DNA of 64,000 nucleotides from Armatimonadota bacterium. Lineage in GTDB: Bacteria > Armatimonadota > SYMT01. The position numbers were made by a program, and so were the translations under genes. The notes beneath the pieces are model-generated. The model did not search any database, was not told the origin of the DNA, and saw only the letters and a list, made by a program, of their open reading frames with translations. Position 1 is the stretch's first letter, and each line of letters opens with the position of its first letter. Positions 1 to 10,104 of this stretch are shown in pieces. The stretch spans positions 32,001-96,000 of the forward strand of contig JAWLHY010000005.1 in assembly GCA_041690135.1 (NCBI GenBank). The letters run 5' to 3'.

Positions 1-2
1 CC

Positions 3-359
3 GCTGCGGCACTCATCAAAGACCTAAAGCAGCGCGGCATGCTGGAGAACACCCTTGTTGTCTGGGGAGGTGAGTTCGGCCGCACCCCCATGACCGAAGG
101 CAAAACGGGCCGCGATCACAACCCCTACGGCTTCACGATCTGGATGGCGGGCGCCGGGGTGAAGGGCGGTATCACCTACGGCAACACCGACCCCGTGGGT
201 CTCCGGGCCGTGGAAGACCGCACACACGTCCACGACATCCACGCCACCATCCTGCACCTGCTTGGGATGGACCACACCAAACTGACCCACCTCCACAACG
301 GCCGCGCCGAACGTCTCACGGACGTAGCCGGCAACGTGATCCAAAAGATCCTGGCGTGA
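3..359 (+). CDS. DUF1501 family protein, C-terminal part (5' truncated by window)
   Basis: Open frame from window start: [29 protein letters not shown]...GRDHNP...GGITYG.TD...[14 protein letters not shown], the typical DUF1501 C-terminus. Confidence 0.9.
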   Translation, partial: AAALIKDLKQRGMLENTLVVWGGEFGRTPMTEGKTGRDHNPYGFTIWMAGAGVKGGITYGNTDPVGLRAVEDRTHVHDIHATILHLLGMDHTKLTHLHNGRAERLTDVAGNVIQKILA

Positions 360-379
360 GATTGGACCCCGCTGTAGCG

Positions 380-1480
380 TTAGAACGCGAAGCTGGTCCC
401 CAGTAACGAGTCCCCGTCGGCCGCGTAGGCGAGAGACAACTGCCGGTAGCCCACGCCGACCGCCAATCCACGCGTGGTGATCGCGCCGCGCACCGTCACA
501 TGCTTCCTGACGGCGTACTCGGCCCCCACGGATAGCCGCGCCGGAATTCGGTTGCCTCCCAGGTTCAAAAGGTCCCCGACCATGGTGACCCGCGGGTGGG
601 GCTTGAAGGCTGCTCCAAGATCGATTCCTCTCCCCTGGCGCAGCCGTCCGCTGCCCGCTTGCGCGATTCCGCGGACTACCATACCTAACTGGACGGGCCG
701 ACGCCCGGAGAGCGTGTGTTGAAGCCCGAGATCCAGACCGAAGGAGACCCCCTCTTCCTCTGCCGTCTTCCGGTGCAGGATGTCGCCGCTACGGTTGACC
801 TGCAGCACTTCTCTTTCATACCTTCCCAGAACCGGGACGAAGCGAAGTCCGACATCGACTGGCGAACTACTCTTCCCTCCGGTAGGGACGCGCCAGGCGT
901 AGGCGATGGGAAGGCTGGCAAGATATCCCAGTTCAACCCGGAAGCGGGCAGCGGGTGGAGGTATCCCGAAATGACCCTGCCGCGCCCAGCGGGCGAGCGC
1001 TTCGTTGGGAGTTCCGGCCAACCGGCCCGAAGTAGCAAACCCGATCTCCAACCGCCGATGCCGGACGGCTAACCCCACGTCCGTCCAGAGAGTGTTCCGG
1101 TGGTCCACCAGCCCGATGCCGATTTCTTCCAGGTGGTCGAAGTCGCGGTGTTCGATCAGGTTATCGAGGATCTCGCGGTTAAGCGGTCCCTGACCCGCGA
1201 GTTGGATGTGGGGCACGCGCACGCGGGTGTCCGTCGAAGTCGCCAGAGCAGCCGGATTGATCCGGCTGCTGGCTTCAGAGTCTTGCAAGGCGACACCCCC
1301 GCCTCCCAGGCCGACGTGCCGTGCCGCTTCTCCGGCCGCGAATGATTGACCCGCGGCCGGAGTAACGCTGCCTGCCAGGAGCAGAATTGCGGTGGCTAGT
1401 TGTGTGGCGCTCCCCGTTGCCAGGCGCACAGTCAAAGGGGAACGGATGGTCCGATCTGGCCGTCTCCGGCGGCGGAGCAT
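380..1480 (-). CDS. Putative outer-membrane beta-barrel protein (TraF/PorV-like appearance)
   Basis: Signal-peptide-like segment (TAILLLAGSVTPAAG), ARHVGLGGGGVA...NPAAL motif, amphipathic strands, terminal aromatic ...GTSFAF. Start uncertain (ATG at 1480 within ORF 380-1678). Confidence 0.6.
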   Translation of the reverse strand: MLRRRRRPDRTIRSPLTVRLATGSATQLATAILLLAGSVTPAAGQSFAAGEAARHVGLGGGGVALQDSEASSRINPAALATSTDTRVRVPHIQLAGQGPLNREILDNLIEHRDFDHLEEIGIGLVDHRNTLWTDVGLAVRHRRLEIGFATSGRLAGTPNEALARWARQGHFGIPPPAARFRVELGYLASLPIAYAWRVPTGGKSSSPVDVGLRFVPVLGRYEREVLQVNRSGDILHRKTAEEEGVSFGLDLGLQHTLSGRRPVQLGMVVRGIAQAGSGRLRQGRGIDLGAAFKPHPRVTMVGDLLNLGGNRIPARLSVGAEYAVRKHVTVRGAITTRGLAVGVGYRQLSLAYAADGDSLLGTSFAF

Positions 1481-1508
1481 CTGGGAGGTAGATTCCTCAT
1501 GCACCGCC

Positions 1509-2267
1509 TTATTTGCGTCGGAAGTGAGCGACGACGCGGCTGCGGATCGGTTCTCGGACCGAGAACCCACTCTCGTTTTCTTCGAGAGAGAGGGCGAAAG
1601 GTGCGCGGAACTTGAGAGTGAACTCAAAGAAGCTGTTGTTGCCACGGAGAGAGACAGGGAGAACCCAGAGTTGGCCATCGGGCGTGATCAGCCAGCCTCC
1701 GATTGCCCGGAAAATCTCCTCTCCGAAGGCATTGCCGCTGAGGACAAAGGTGCCTTTGCGGCTCAGGCTCAGCTGCAAATCCCCCGCGTCCGTTTCACCT
1801 TCGTACAGCCCGGCATATTCCTGCATCTCGGGCAGGTCCGCATCCTGCAGCGTGGCACTGAAGGTCCCCTGTCGCCCGGCCATGGTGAACGTACCGGTGA
1901 TGGTATTGCCCGAAATGGTGCCGGTCAGTTTTCCAATAGTGGAACGCCGGTTGCGAGCCACGATCGGATAAACCTTGAGGGTCACCTTGTTGCGTTTGAT
2001 CCGGCCTTCCATCCGGGCGCCGATCAAAGCATCATCCGGTGCGGGACCGCCGGTCCCATAGGTCAGGCCGAGAACCTGCGACCCCGAGCGGCCCAGCCAG
2101 AGAGTCCAGTCAACGATATCGTCGCCGTCCAGCGCGCCTTCATAAAAGTTGGTGGCGGCAGTCCCTGCCGCATTCGCGGGGCGGGCTTGAAATCCGAGAA
2201 CGAAGGTCAGGAGTAACAGCAAGCAGCCGACGATTCGCGATCCCCGGTACACCTTTGGGTTCATCAT
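1509..2267 (-). CDS. Hypothetical secreted beta-rich protein
   Basis: GGAGGA RBS before ATG 2267; signal peptide (CLLLLLTFVLGFQARPANA); G/T-rich beta-strand pattern (GKLTGTISGNTITGTF). Confidence 0.65.
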   Translation of the reverse strand: MMNPKVYRGSRIVGCLLLLLTFVLGFQARPANAAGTAATNFYEGALDGDDIVDWTLWLGRSGSQVLGLTYGTGGPAPDDALIGARMEGRIKRNKVTLKVYPIVARNRRSTIGKLTGTISGNTITGTFTMAGRQGTFSATLQDADLPEMQEYAGLYEGETDAGDLQLSLSRKGTFVLSGNAFGEEIFRAIGGWLITPDGQLWVLPVSLRGNNSFFEFTLKFRAPFALSLEENESGFSVREPIRSRVVAHFRRK

Positions 2268-2369
2268 TCCTCCAATAACAAAGCCAACAGCTCGGTGAAG
2301 CACCGAACAGAATGCCTTCGTGCAGCTCGCCCTTTCGAACTGCTGGAGGATGCGGCTGCCTGTTTGTTG

Positions 2370-3770
2370 TTATAGCAGCCCTTCGATCGGCTTGCCCATA
2401 TTAACGTACATTGGACGGTCCTGGATGTCGCGGACCTCGTACTCGTGCCGGATGCCGAGTGATTCATAGATGGTGGCGGTCACTTCGCTCGGCATATAGC
2501 CTTTCGTCACCGGGTGTCCGGCCCATTCGTCCGTCTCACCGAGGACTGTGCCGCCGCGCACGCCCGCGCCGGCGAACACGCCGCTCCACACCCACTGCCA
2601 GTGGTTGCGGCCGTCGGGGTCGGCGGCATTGGCGGCCGCTCCCGCCACCGATCGACCGAGGATCGGGTTGCGGCCCATCTCACTGGTACAGAACACGAGC
2701 GTCTCATCCAGCATTCCGGAATCGTGCATATCCTGCAGGAAGGCGCTGAACGCCTGATCGAACGGCGGCATGTGAGCGTCCATCAGCTTGTCTTCGCGCC
2801 GGTGGTAGTCCCAGTGGTTCAGGTTGCCGATGTTGACCTGGATGTACTTGACCCCGGACTGCGCGAGGCGCCGTGCGAGCAAAAGGGACTGCCCCCAGGT
2901 GGTGCGGCCGTACCGGTCGCGCAGGTTGACCGGCTCCTTCTCCAGGTCGAACGCCTTCCGTACCCCGGCCGAAGTGGCAACCTCGAAGGCTTTCTTCTGG
3001 TTCTCCGAAAGCTGCTGCACGCCCAGATCGCGGTCCAGATCGCTGCGGAGATCATCCACCTGCGCCAGCAGCCGCTGCCGGTTGCTCAGCCGGTCTACTG
3101 TCATGCCGGGTACGGGCAGCAGGTCGGGAATCCGGAAATTCGGCTTGTTGGGGTCCCCCTCGATGATCCACGGATCGTACCGGCTCCCCATCCAGCCAGC
3201 ATCCTCTCCGGGAACGGGCGCGCCCTGGAACCGGATGCGGTACGGCAGGTGGATGGCGGAAGGCAAACCCGTCTGGCTGGGATACCTGTGGGTGATCACC
3301 GAGCCCATCGATGGATAGTCGTTCCGGGTGGCGAAGCTTTTAAAGGTCGATGGGCGGCGGTCGACACCGGCGAGGATTTCCTGGTGACCCGGAATGTGAT
3401 TCTCATCCTCGGCGTTCAGGGTGAGGGTGCGCACGATGCAGCACCGGTGCATCTGTTTCGCCGTAAGCGGGAGTCGGCTGCCGATCTCCACCCCCGGTGC
3501 GCTGGTCTTGATCGGCGTGGCGGTCCCGCGGCACTCGCGCGGCGAATTCGGCTTGAGATCCCACAACTGCATCTGGGGTGGCCCGCCGGGCATCCAGACG
3601 ATGATCACGCTCTTGGCGCGAGCCTTTGAGCCGTCTGCGCGCGCCTCTCGCGGTTGGAAGGCCCCGTCCATCGTCAGCCCAAAGGAGCCGAGAAAACCTA
3701 CCTGGAGCAGTTCGCGCCGCAGGATGCCGGAGCGGTGAATATGCGGAATGACCTGACCGTTTTCGTTCAT
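2370..3770 (-). CDS. DUF1501 family protein
   Basis: RRELLQVGFLG leader, VWMPGGPPQ, YGRTTWGQSLLLARRL, WDYH, SEMGRNP, GRNHW motifs. Confidence 0.92.
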   Translation of the reverse strand: MNENGQVIPHIHRSGILRRELLQVGFLGSFGLTMDGAFQPREARADGSKARAKSVIIVWMPGGPPQMQLWDLKPNSPRECRGTATPIKTSAPGVEIGSRLPLTAKQMHRCCIVRTLTLNAEDENHIPGHQEILAGVDRRPSTFKSFATRNDYPSMGSVITHRYPSQTGLPSAIHLPYRIRFQGAPVPGEDAGWMGSRYDPWIIEGDPNKPNFRIPDLLPVPGMTVDRLSNRQRLLAQVDDLRSDLDRDLGVQQLSENQKKAFEVATSAGVRKAFDLEKEPVNLRDRYGRTTWGQSLLLARRLAQSGVKYIQVNIGNLNHWDYHRREDKLMDAHMPPFDQAFSAFLQDMHDSGMLDETLVFCTSEMGRNPILGRSVAGAAANAADPDGRNHWQWVWSGVFAGAGVRGGTVLGETDEWAGHPVTKGYMPSEVTATIYESLGIRHEYEVRDIQDRPMYVNMGKPIEGLL

Positions 3771-4140
3771 CTGATTCCCATGCACAGTCCCGAGAAATCC
3801 AACTCGTAGGACAGCCAGCCGGGGAGAAGGTTTCGCTAAAGCGTCCTTGACAGGTTTGAAGGTTTGTTGCGGAACGATGCTGTGAGCCCTCGTGATCCTG
3901 AATGAATGCCTGCCCGAATGGGTGCGGGATCTCCTTGCGACCCGGCCTCCTCACCCTGCTTCGCAAATCTCACCCGTTCTGCCCCAACCCTTCCCGTATT
4001 ACGTTTCGCGCCCCCATGCGACCGAGGTCATTGCACTGCCATTCCACCCGCTCGCGCACGTCAAGCACGCATCACGGTTCCTGACCAGGAATGCTCCCCC
4101 ATCCCGGATAAGCTATAGCTCTTGAAGGAGAGAAACGTAG

Positions 4141-4908
4141 ATGGCTCGTTGGATAAAAGGCTGTGCGCTGGGCTGCGTGACGCTGGTATTGTTGATCGTG
4201 TTTGCCGGAGTGGCAGCGGTGAAGTGGGCCGGTGCGCCTCCGCCGACGGCGCCAAAGATCGGCTCGGTGGTGGCGCTGCGTCCCCTCTTCCTGCGCAAGC
4301 AGGGGGAGCCCTTCAGCGCCGGGACCGCCGTTGCCGTGCGGGTACAGCCCCAATCGGCGCCGATCCTCCTAACGGCGCTCCATCTCTTCGGCCCGTCCGG
4401 CGGGCTGGAGAAAGACCTGGCTCCCGCGGAGCTGGACCAGCAGATCCGGGAGGTGTGGCTCGCCCCCATTAGCGGTAAACGCAGAGTCGTCGCACGCGCC
4501 CGCGGCGCCCTTCGCAAGAGCGGTCCCGCCCTCTCCGAAAACCTGCCGGGGGTCTCCGAAGATGTGGCGGCGTTCAAGCTCCAGCCGAAGAGCGCGGTCA
4601 ACGCCCTCCCCCTCGCCGCCGCGAACCCGAAGTTTGGCGACTGGGTATGGCTGGTCGGTGACGTGTTCGACCACGAGCCGCAGACGCAGCGCCTCTTCGC
4701 CGGACGCGTGTGGCGCTCCCACGATGAGGGTACGATGATCCGCCTCCAGGAGCGCTTCCCCCTCCGCGCCTTCTCCGGCGCCCCCGTCATCAACGAGCGG
4801 AAAGAGGTGGTCGGCCTCCTCATCAGCGGCGGCGAAGGCGGCGGCATCGGCATCATCAACCCCGCCGGCAACATCCGCCGGAAGTTAGCAGTGGGCGGAG
4901 TGGATTAG
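4141..4908 (+). CDS. Membrane-anchored trypsin-like serine protease
   Basis: N-terminal TM helix; catalytic-triad contexts LLTALHL, EDVAAF, AFSGAPVIN; RBS AAGGAG. Confidence 0.7.
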   Translation: MARWIKGCALGCVTLVLLIVFAGVAAVKWAGAPPPTAPKIGSVVALRPLFLRKQGEPFSAGTAVAVRVQPQSAPILLTALHLFGPSGGLEKDLAPAELDQQIREVWLAPISGKRRVVARARGALRKSGPALSENLPGVSEDVAAFKLQPKSAVNALPLAAANPKFGDWVWLVGDVFDHEPQTQRLFAGRVWRSHDEGTMIRLQERFPLRAFSGAPVINERKEVVGLLISGGEGGGIGIINPAGNIRRKLAVGGVD

Positions 4909-5026
4909 GACCAGGATAAGGATAAAGAGGCCCGCTCCAGGACGGGTGCCCTGACCAGGGGCGGGATGGATTAGGACCTGGAATAGGATCAGGATCCGGT
5001 TAAGGACGACTTCCCTGACCAGGGCG
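4902..5026. repeat. Degenerate GGATNA hexamer array in an imperfect ~65-bp tandem duplication
   Basis: ggatta ggacca ggataa ggataa (4902-4925) and ggatta ggacct ggaata ggatca ggatcc ggttaa (4968-5003), each followed by ccctgaccaggg (4949, 5013). Confidence 0.65.
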
Positions 5027-5187
5027 ATGGCCACGCCTGCCCGGCGGAGCTAGGGTCATTCATGGTTTCTGGCGCAGACGGTTGGGCGCTTCGACGGGAG
5101 ACTCATCAAAGTGGGTGAAGTTGCTGCTGATCTATCGCTCCTCGCCATGACAAGCGTCTACATTGACTGATAATGAGCGTGGCCATT

Positions 5188-5251
5188 GCCTGAAAGCCTG
5201 CATGCCTGAAAGCCTGCATGCCCGAACGCCGAACGCCGAACGCCGAACGCC
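5188..5251. repeat. Short tandem repeats (16-mer x2, 7-mer x4)
   Basis: gcctgaaagcctgcat x2 (5188-5219), then gaacgcc x4 (5224-5251), directly past the stop of a DUF1501 gene. Confidence 0.85.
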
Positions 5252-5253
5252 CG

Positions 5254-6684
5254 TCAAAGGAGGCCCTGGATCACTTCACCCTCGTTGATAACGAATGGCC
5301 GGTCCTGGATATCCCGCAGCTCCGCGCGGGGATCGATGCCCATCCGGGTGTAGATCGTCGCTCCGAGATCCGCGGGGGTGTAGGCTTCGCCCTCCGGGTA
5401 GCCTGCCCACTCGTCACTCTCGCCGACCGCCGTCCCGCCGCGGACTCCCCCACCCGCGAATACGGCCGTCCAACACCATTGCCAGTGGTTCCGACCATCC
5501 GGCTCCGCGGCGTTCATCGCCGCGCCGGTCACCGCCCGGCCCAGCACCGGGTTGCGGCCCATTTCCCCCATACACAGGACCAGCGTTTCCTCCAACATGC
5601 CGCGGTCGTGCAGGTCCTCGATCAGGGCGCTGAACCCCTGGTCGAACGGCGGCATCAGGCGCTTCATGTAGCCGATCTCGTCCCGGTGGGCGTCCCACTG
5701 GTTCATATAGCCCATGTTCGCCTGGATGAAGGGCACCCCGGCCTCGGCCAGCCGCCGCGCGAGGAGTAGCGACTGGCCGAAGGAGTGCCTTCCGTACCGG
5801 TCGCGCAGCGCCGCCGGCTCTTGCGAGAGGTCGAAGGCGGTGCGGGTAGCCGGGGCGACCGCCGCGCGGAAGGCGCTTGCCTGGGCATCGTGAAGCTGTC
5901 GCACGGAAAGATGGTCGTCCAGGTCGCGGCGCATACCGTCCACCGCCTCCAGGAGCTTCCGCCGGTGGTCGATGCGCTCCACCGTAAATCCGGGAAGCGG
6001 GGCCAGGTCCGGCACCTGGAAGTTCGGCTCGTTCGGGTCCTGGTTCACCCACCACGGATCGTAGCGGCTGCCGAGCCATCCGGCCGTCTGCCCCGGGTCC
6101 GGACGGCCGCCGTCGAGCATGGTCAATGGAAGGTGGATAGCCGAGGGAAGGCCGGTGCGGTTCGGTGCGAAGTAGTTGATGACCGAACCCATCGAGGGCC
6201 AGTCGTTCCGGCTGGCGTAGTCGCCCGAGCCCACCGGCTTGAAGTTCACGGCCGAGAGCAGCTTGTGGTGACCGAGGTTATGGTTGTCGTCCTCGGCATT
6301 CAGCGTCAGGGTGCGGACCAGGCCCAGGTGGTGCGCCTGCCAGGCGGTGCGCGGCAGGTAGTGGCCGAACATCAGGTCCTTTGCCGAGGTCTGGATCGGC
6401 TGGGCGCTCCCGCGGCACTGGGAGGGAGAGTCCGGCTTGAGGTCCCACAGCAGCATCTGCGGCGGACCCCCCGGCATCCATACGAGGATCACGTGCTTGA
6501 CCCGAGGTTTCGATCCCGCCGCGGCGGGCCGCCCCTTCGCGTCCGCTCTCTCCGCCGCGTACCCCTTACGGGTTGCGAATACGTCGACCATCGACGCGCC
6601 GAACGCGCCCAGGAACCCCACCTGCAGGAATTCCCGGCGGCAGATCCCCACCCGATGCCGATGCGCACCCAGGCCCTGACTCAC
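5254..6684 (-). CDS. DUF1501 family protein
   Basis: GGAGG RBS + GTG 6684; CRREFLQVGFLG, VWMPGGPPQ, YGRHSFGQSLLLARRL, WDAH, GEMGRNP, GRNHW. Confidence 0.92.
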   Translation of the reverse strand: MSQGLGAHRHRVGICRREFLQVGFLGAFGASMVDVFATRKGYAAERADAKGRPAAAGSKPRVKHVILVWMPGGPPQMLLWDLKPDSPSQCRGSAQPIQTSAKDLMFGHYLPRTAWQAHHLGLVRTLTLNAEDDNHNLGHHKLLSAVNFKPVGSGDYASRNDWPSMGSVINYFAPNRTGLPSAIHLPLTMLDGGRPDPGQTAGWLGSRYDPWWVNQDPNEPNFQVPDLAPLPGFTVERIDHRRKLLEAVDGMRRDLDDHLSVRQLHDAQASAFRAAVAPATRTAFDLSQEPAALRDRYGRHSFGQSLLLARRLAEAGVPFIQANMGYMNQWDAHRDEIGYMKRLMPPFDQGFSALIEDLHDRGMLEETLVLCMGEMGRNPVLGRAVTGAAMNAAEPDGRNHWQWCWTAVFAGGGVRGGTAVGESDEWAGYPEGEAYTPADLGATIYTRMGIDPRAELRDIQDRPFVINEGEVIQGLL

Positions 6685-6763
6685 GACGTCCTCCCGCCAC
6701 GCTCGCCCGCAACGGCGAGTGTCCCACCTCCTGCGACACGGGCGCGTAGCGGAGGTTTCCAGG

Positions 6764-7177
6764 TCACCCCTCGAGATCGTGCGTGTGGATCTCCTGTTCG
6801 GGGCCATCCTCGGGATCAAGACAAAGTGCCGAATGGGCGCTGATCCAGTCCGGGTACAATGGCAGCCCTGCGGTCCACTGCAACAGGTCTAAGACTCGGT
6901 GCACCCACCGGTTTCCGCCCGATATCATTCCCCACTCGTGCCCGCGGGACAGCGCCGTGTGCCCCATCCACAGGAGGGCTCGTGCTCCGGCGGCATCCAG
7001 GAACGTAACGGCCGCCAGGTCGATCAGGAGAACTCCCGGCTCCTGGCCGTCCAACAGCGAGGGGAATCGCGCGCGGAGTGCCGCCGCTGCGCACAGGTCG
7101 CAGTCGCCGGTGACGGTAACGACCAGCACCCGGGTTGCCAACACAGCTCTCGTTTCTTGATCCGGAAAGGGAGTCAA
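6764..7177 (-). CDS. STAS domain protein (anti-sigma factor antagonist)
   Basis: VVTVTGDCDL...LLIDLAAVTFLDAAGARAL STAS pattern; start uncertain. Confidence 0.75.
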   Translation of the reverse strand: MTPFPDQETRAVLATRVLVVTVTGDCDLCAAAALRARFPSLLDGQEPGVLLIDLAAVTFLDAAGARALLWMGHTALSRGHEWGMISGGNRWVHRVLDLLQWTAGLPLYPDWISAHSALCLDPEDGPEQEIHTHDLEG

Positions 7178-7500
7178 CTCACTGACACGACTGCCGTTTC
7201 CCGATGCTCCAGGAGAAGTAGCGACCGGCGGTCGCTTTAGGCGCCTTCATCCCAGCTGGAGTTTCGTGAGATCCTTGACTAGTGTTGGCAATCAGCGGAA
7301 GATATCCTTCCGTACAAGGATAAAGATTATGTAAAGACCCATGCTTCCGTCGCTTGCTCGACGTTGCAGGGGTTATGGGGTGGGCGTCTACCCCACTCGG
7401 AAGGAGTCGGCTTAACAGGCTGTTTGGCTGGCGCTTCTATGTTTCTCGCGAAACTTCGGGCGCTTTCTAGGCATCCCAGCCTGAAAGGCTACCGCGAGAT

Positions 7501-7965
7501 ATGTCCCTTCTTCAAATCGTTGTTTTCCTCATCGAACACCGGCCTTACGGTTTGCCGCTTGAGGCGGTGGAGCGGGTTCTGCCGATGGTGGATATCTCGC
7601 CGCTGCCCTGTGCACCCCCGGTGCTGTTGGGGGTGGTGGACTATCACGGTGAGATCCTGCCGGTGATGGACCTTCGCGTCCGGTTGGGGCTTCCCTCGCG
7701 CGACGAGCCCGTGCTTACGGAACGCCTTCTGGTGGTCACCACACCTCGGCGCAGGCTGGCGATCGCCACGGACGAAGTGGCCGGCATCCGGGCCGTGGAG
7801 CCCGCGCAGATGCACTCTCCGGCCGGCCTCCCCCTGGGGCTTCCGCAGGTGGCGGGGATCGCCGTGCTAGATGAAGGCCTGGTCGTCATCCAGGATCTGG
7901 AGACACTCTTGTCAGCGGAAGAGGACCGGGAATTGCAGCACGCGCTGCGGGAGACGCGGTCGTGA
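7501..7965 (+). CDS. cheW: Chemotaxis coupling protein CheW (WspB-like)
   Basis: YGLPLEAVERV...LLGVVDYHGEILPVMDL. Confidence 0.9.
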   Translation: MSLLQIVVFLIEHRPYGLPLEAVERVLPMVDISPLPCAPPVLLGVVDYHGEILPVMDLRVRLGLPSRDEPVLTERLLVVTTPRRRLAIATDEVAGIRAVEPAQMHSPAGLPLGLPQVAGIAVLDEGLVVIQDLETLLSAEEDRELQHALRETRS

Positions 7966-9425
7966 GTCCTGATCCACTCGTCGAGGCCCAGGAGTTGGTG
8001 GGGCGGCGTCTGGGCCTCGACTTCTCGGATTGCCGCGGAGAGGCGGTCCGCCGCAGGCTGCAGCGGGCACTCCAGAGCACCGCTTCCGGAGATATTCCCG
8101 CGGCACTCACTCGGCTCGCGCACCTGGCTCCGGAGAGCCCGGAATTGCTGCGCTTTGCCGGCCGCCTCACCGTAGGGGAAACCTACTTTTTCCGGGACCG
8201 CGCCAGCTTCCTGGCGCTCGAGCACCAGGTGCTCCCGTCGCTGATTGCCGCGCGCCGCGCCGCCGGGTTGCTCCAGCTTCGCATTTGGAGTGCCGGCTGC
8301 TCCACCGGTGAGGAGCCTTATTCCCTCGCCCTCCTTCTCGACCGGCTGCTCCCGGATGCGGCGAACTGGCGTTTGACGATCCTCGCCACGGATATCAACC
8401 CGGATTCTCTCGCACGCGCCCGTGAGGGCCGGTTCAGCGAATGGTCGTTTCGCGCCACCCCCGGATGGGTTCGCGAAAAGTACTTCCGGCGGTTCGATGC
8501 GCGGACTTATGAACTGGCGCCGCGCATTCGTGACCGGGTCCGCTTCCAACCCTTGAATCTGGCTGAGGGCGCCTATCCCGCGACGCACAGCAACACGACG
8601 GCCATGGACCTGATCCTTTGCCGGAACGTCTTGATGTACTTCACGGATCCCGCTCGCCGGGCAACGGTCGAGCGCCTGCAGCGATCGTTGGTTCCGGGAG
8701 GTTGGCTGGTGGTCGCACCCCCGGAAGCCTCCGCGGCGTTGCTCGCTCCCCTCCAGCCCGTAAACATGCCCGGGACCATCCTGTTCCAGAAGGTGGAGCC
8801 GGCATCTTCCACCTCTTCGCGGGAGCAGCCCGGGCGGTGGCCCGAATGGGATTCGCGCCGGTCGCGGGGAGTGGGTGCGGCGCATGGGATGGACGTACCG
8901 GTTTCGAGTAGAGCGTGCCCACGGGTGGACCTCACTCGCCCCTCGGAAAGTCCTCTCGAGCAGCCCCGTCCCAGCAGGCCCGCCTTCGCGGCCATGGCGC
9001 CCTTGGGGACGGGAGATGCGGAAGAGGGAAAACAAGAGTTGCTGATTCGGCGTGCGCGGGAGCTTGCCGACCGGGGAGAGGTGGCGGAAGCACGGGCGCT
9101 CTGCGAAGCGGCTGTCCGGCAGGATCCGCTCGCTGTTGAGCCGCTCTTACTGCTCGCGACGCTCTGTGACCTGTCCGGCGAGGTCGGTGCTGCCCAGGTA
9201 GCGCTCCGGCGGGCGCTCTTTCTTGACCCCGACGGTCCGGTGGCCCAGTTCGCCCTGGGAACGCTGCTGATACGCCAGGGGGAAAACCCTCGGGGCAAGC
9301 GCTTGCTGGAACGGGTCGCCCGCTTGCTGGAGACTCTACCCCCGTCCGCGCCGCTGGAATTTGGCGCTGGGATTACGGCCGGGGACCTCCTGGGAAGGGC
9401 ATTGCGGTGGTTGGAGACCAACTAA
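7962..9425 (+). CDS. cheR: Chemotaxis methyltransferase CheR with C-terminal TPR (WspC-like)
   Basis: TVGETYFFRD, IWSAGCSTGEEPYS, DLILCRNVLMYF, C-terminal TPR helices. Confidence 0.92.
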   Translation: MSPDPLVEAQELVGRRLGLDFSDCRGEAVRRRLQRALQSTASGDIPAALTRLAHLAPESPELLRFAGRLTVGETYFFRDRASFLALEHQVLPSLIAARRAAGLLQLRIWSAGCSTGEEPYSLALLLDRLLPDAANWRLTILATDINPDSLARAREGRFSEWSFRATPGWVREKYFRRFDARTYELAPRIRDRVRFQPLNLAEGAYPATHSNTTAMDLILCRNVLMYFTDPARRATVERLQRSLVPGGWLVVAPPEASAALLAPLQPVNMPGTILFQKVEPASSTSSREQPGRWPEWDSRRSRGVGAAHGMDVPVSSRACPRVDLTRPSESPLEQPRPSRPAFAAMAPLGTGDAEEGKQELLIRRARELADRGEVAEARALCEAAVRQDPLAVEPLLLLATLCDLSGEVGAAQVALRRALFLDPDGPVAQFALGTLLIRQGENPRGKRLLERVARLLETLPPSAPLEFGAGITAGDLLGRALRWLETN

Positions 9426-9526
9426 CCCGTTATCGCACGAGGAGGCTGGGTCCGGCTCGGAAGCGGCTCGGGCTGCGGCCAGGTACTGCGGCTGTGGGTC
9501 GCGACTGGGTGGAGGCGGAGTGAGAG

Positions 9527-10078
9527 ATGGAAGACGCCGATAAGAATGCTGTGGAGCGGACCCGCCGAATTCTGCGGGAGCGGGCGAGGCTGCTTTCCCT
9601 TCCCATTGAGGAGGCGCGCCCTTTAGCCGAAGAGGAGTGGGTAGTATTCTCTCTCGGCGCCGGACGGTACGGGATCGAGCTCCCATCCGTTCGGGAAGTT
9701 CTTCCCCTCCCGGAACTGGTTCCCGTGCCTCACACCCCGGCGTGGGTAGCCGGAGTGATGAGCTATCGGGGGCGAGTTCTGTCCGTGGTCGACCTGGCCG
9801 AATTCCTCGCCCTTCCCGGGATTCCGGCCGCCTCCCGGGGAAACGCGGGAGCCGCCGGCCGTCGGCTGCTGGTGTTGGAACTGCCGGAGATGCTCTTCGG
9901 GGTGTTGGTGGACCACCTGGAGGGAGTGGTGTCGTCCGAGACGGCGCTGGCGCCTTCTCCTCTGAGTGCAGATGCCGAGGGGCGCTCGGGTTTCATACTG
10001 GGCATCGCCCCCGGGGGGATTGCCGTGTTGGATGTGCCGGCGCTGGCGCATCATCCCCGGTTTCAGGTGAGTGGCTAA
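9527..10078 (+). CDS. cheW: Chemotaxis coupling protein CheW (WspD-like)
   Basis: ILRERARLL N-terminus, VPHTPAWVAGVMSYRGRVLSVVDL. Confidence 0.88.
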   Translation: MEDADKNAVERTRRILRERARLLSLPIEEARPLAEEEWVVFSLGAGRYGIELPSVREVLPLPELVPVPHTPAWVAGVMSYRGRVLSVVDLAEFLALPGIPAASRGNAGAAGRRLLVLELPEMLFGVLVDHLEGVVSSETALAPSPLSADAEGRSGFILGIAPGGIAVLDVPALAHHPRFQVSG

Positions 10079-10104
10079 CTCGCTGTTTTAGCTTAAAGGA
10101 GCCG

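Noticed and set aside
4902-5251. CRISPR array
   Set aside because: Units are 6-16 bp tandem repeats without unique spacers, and no cas genes are present
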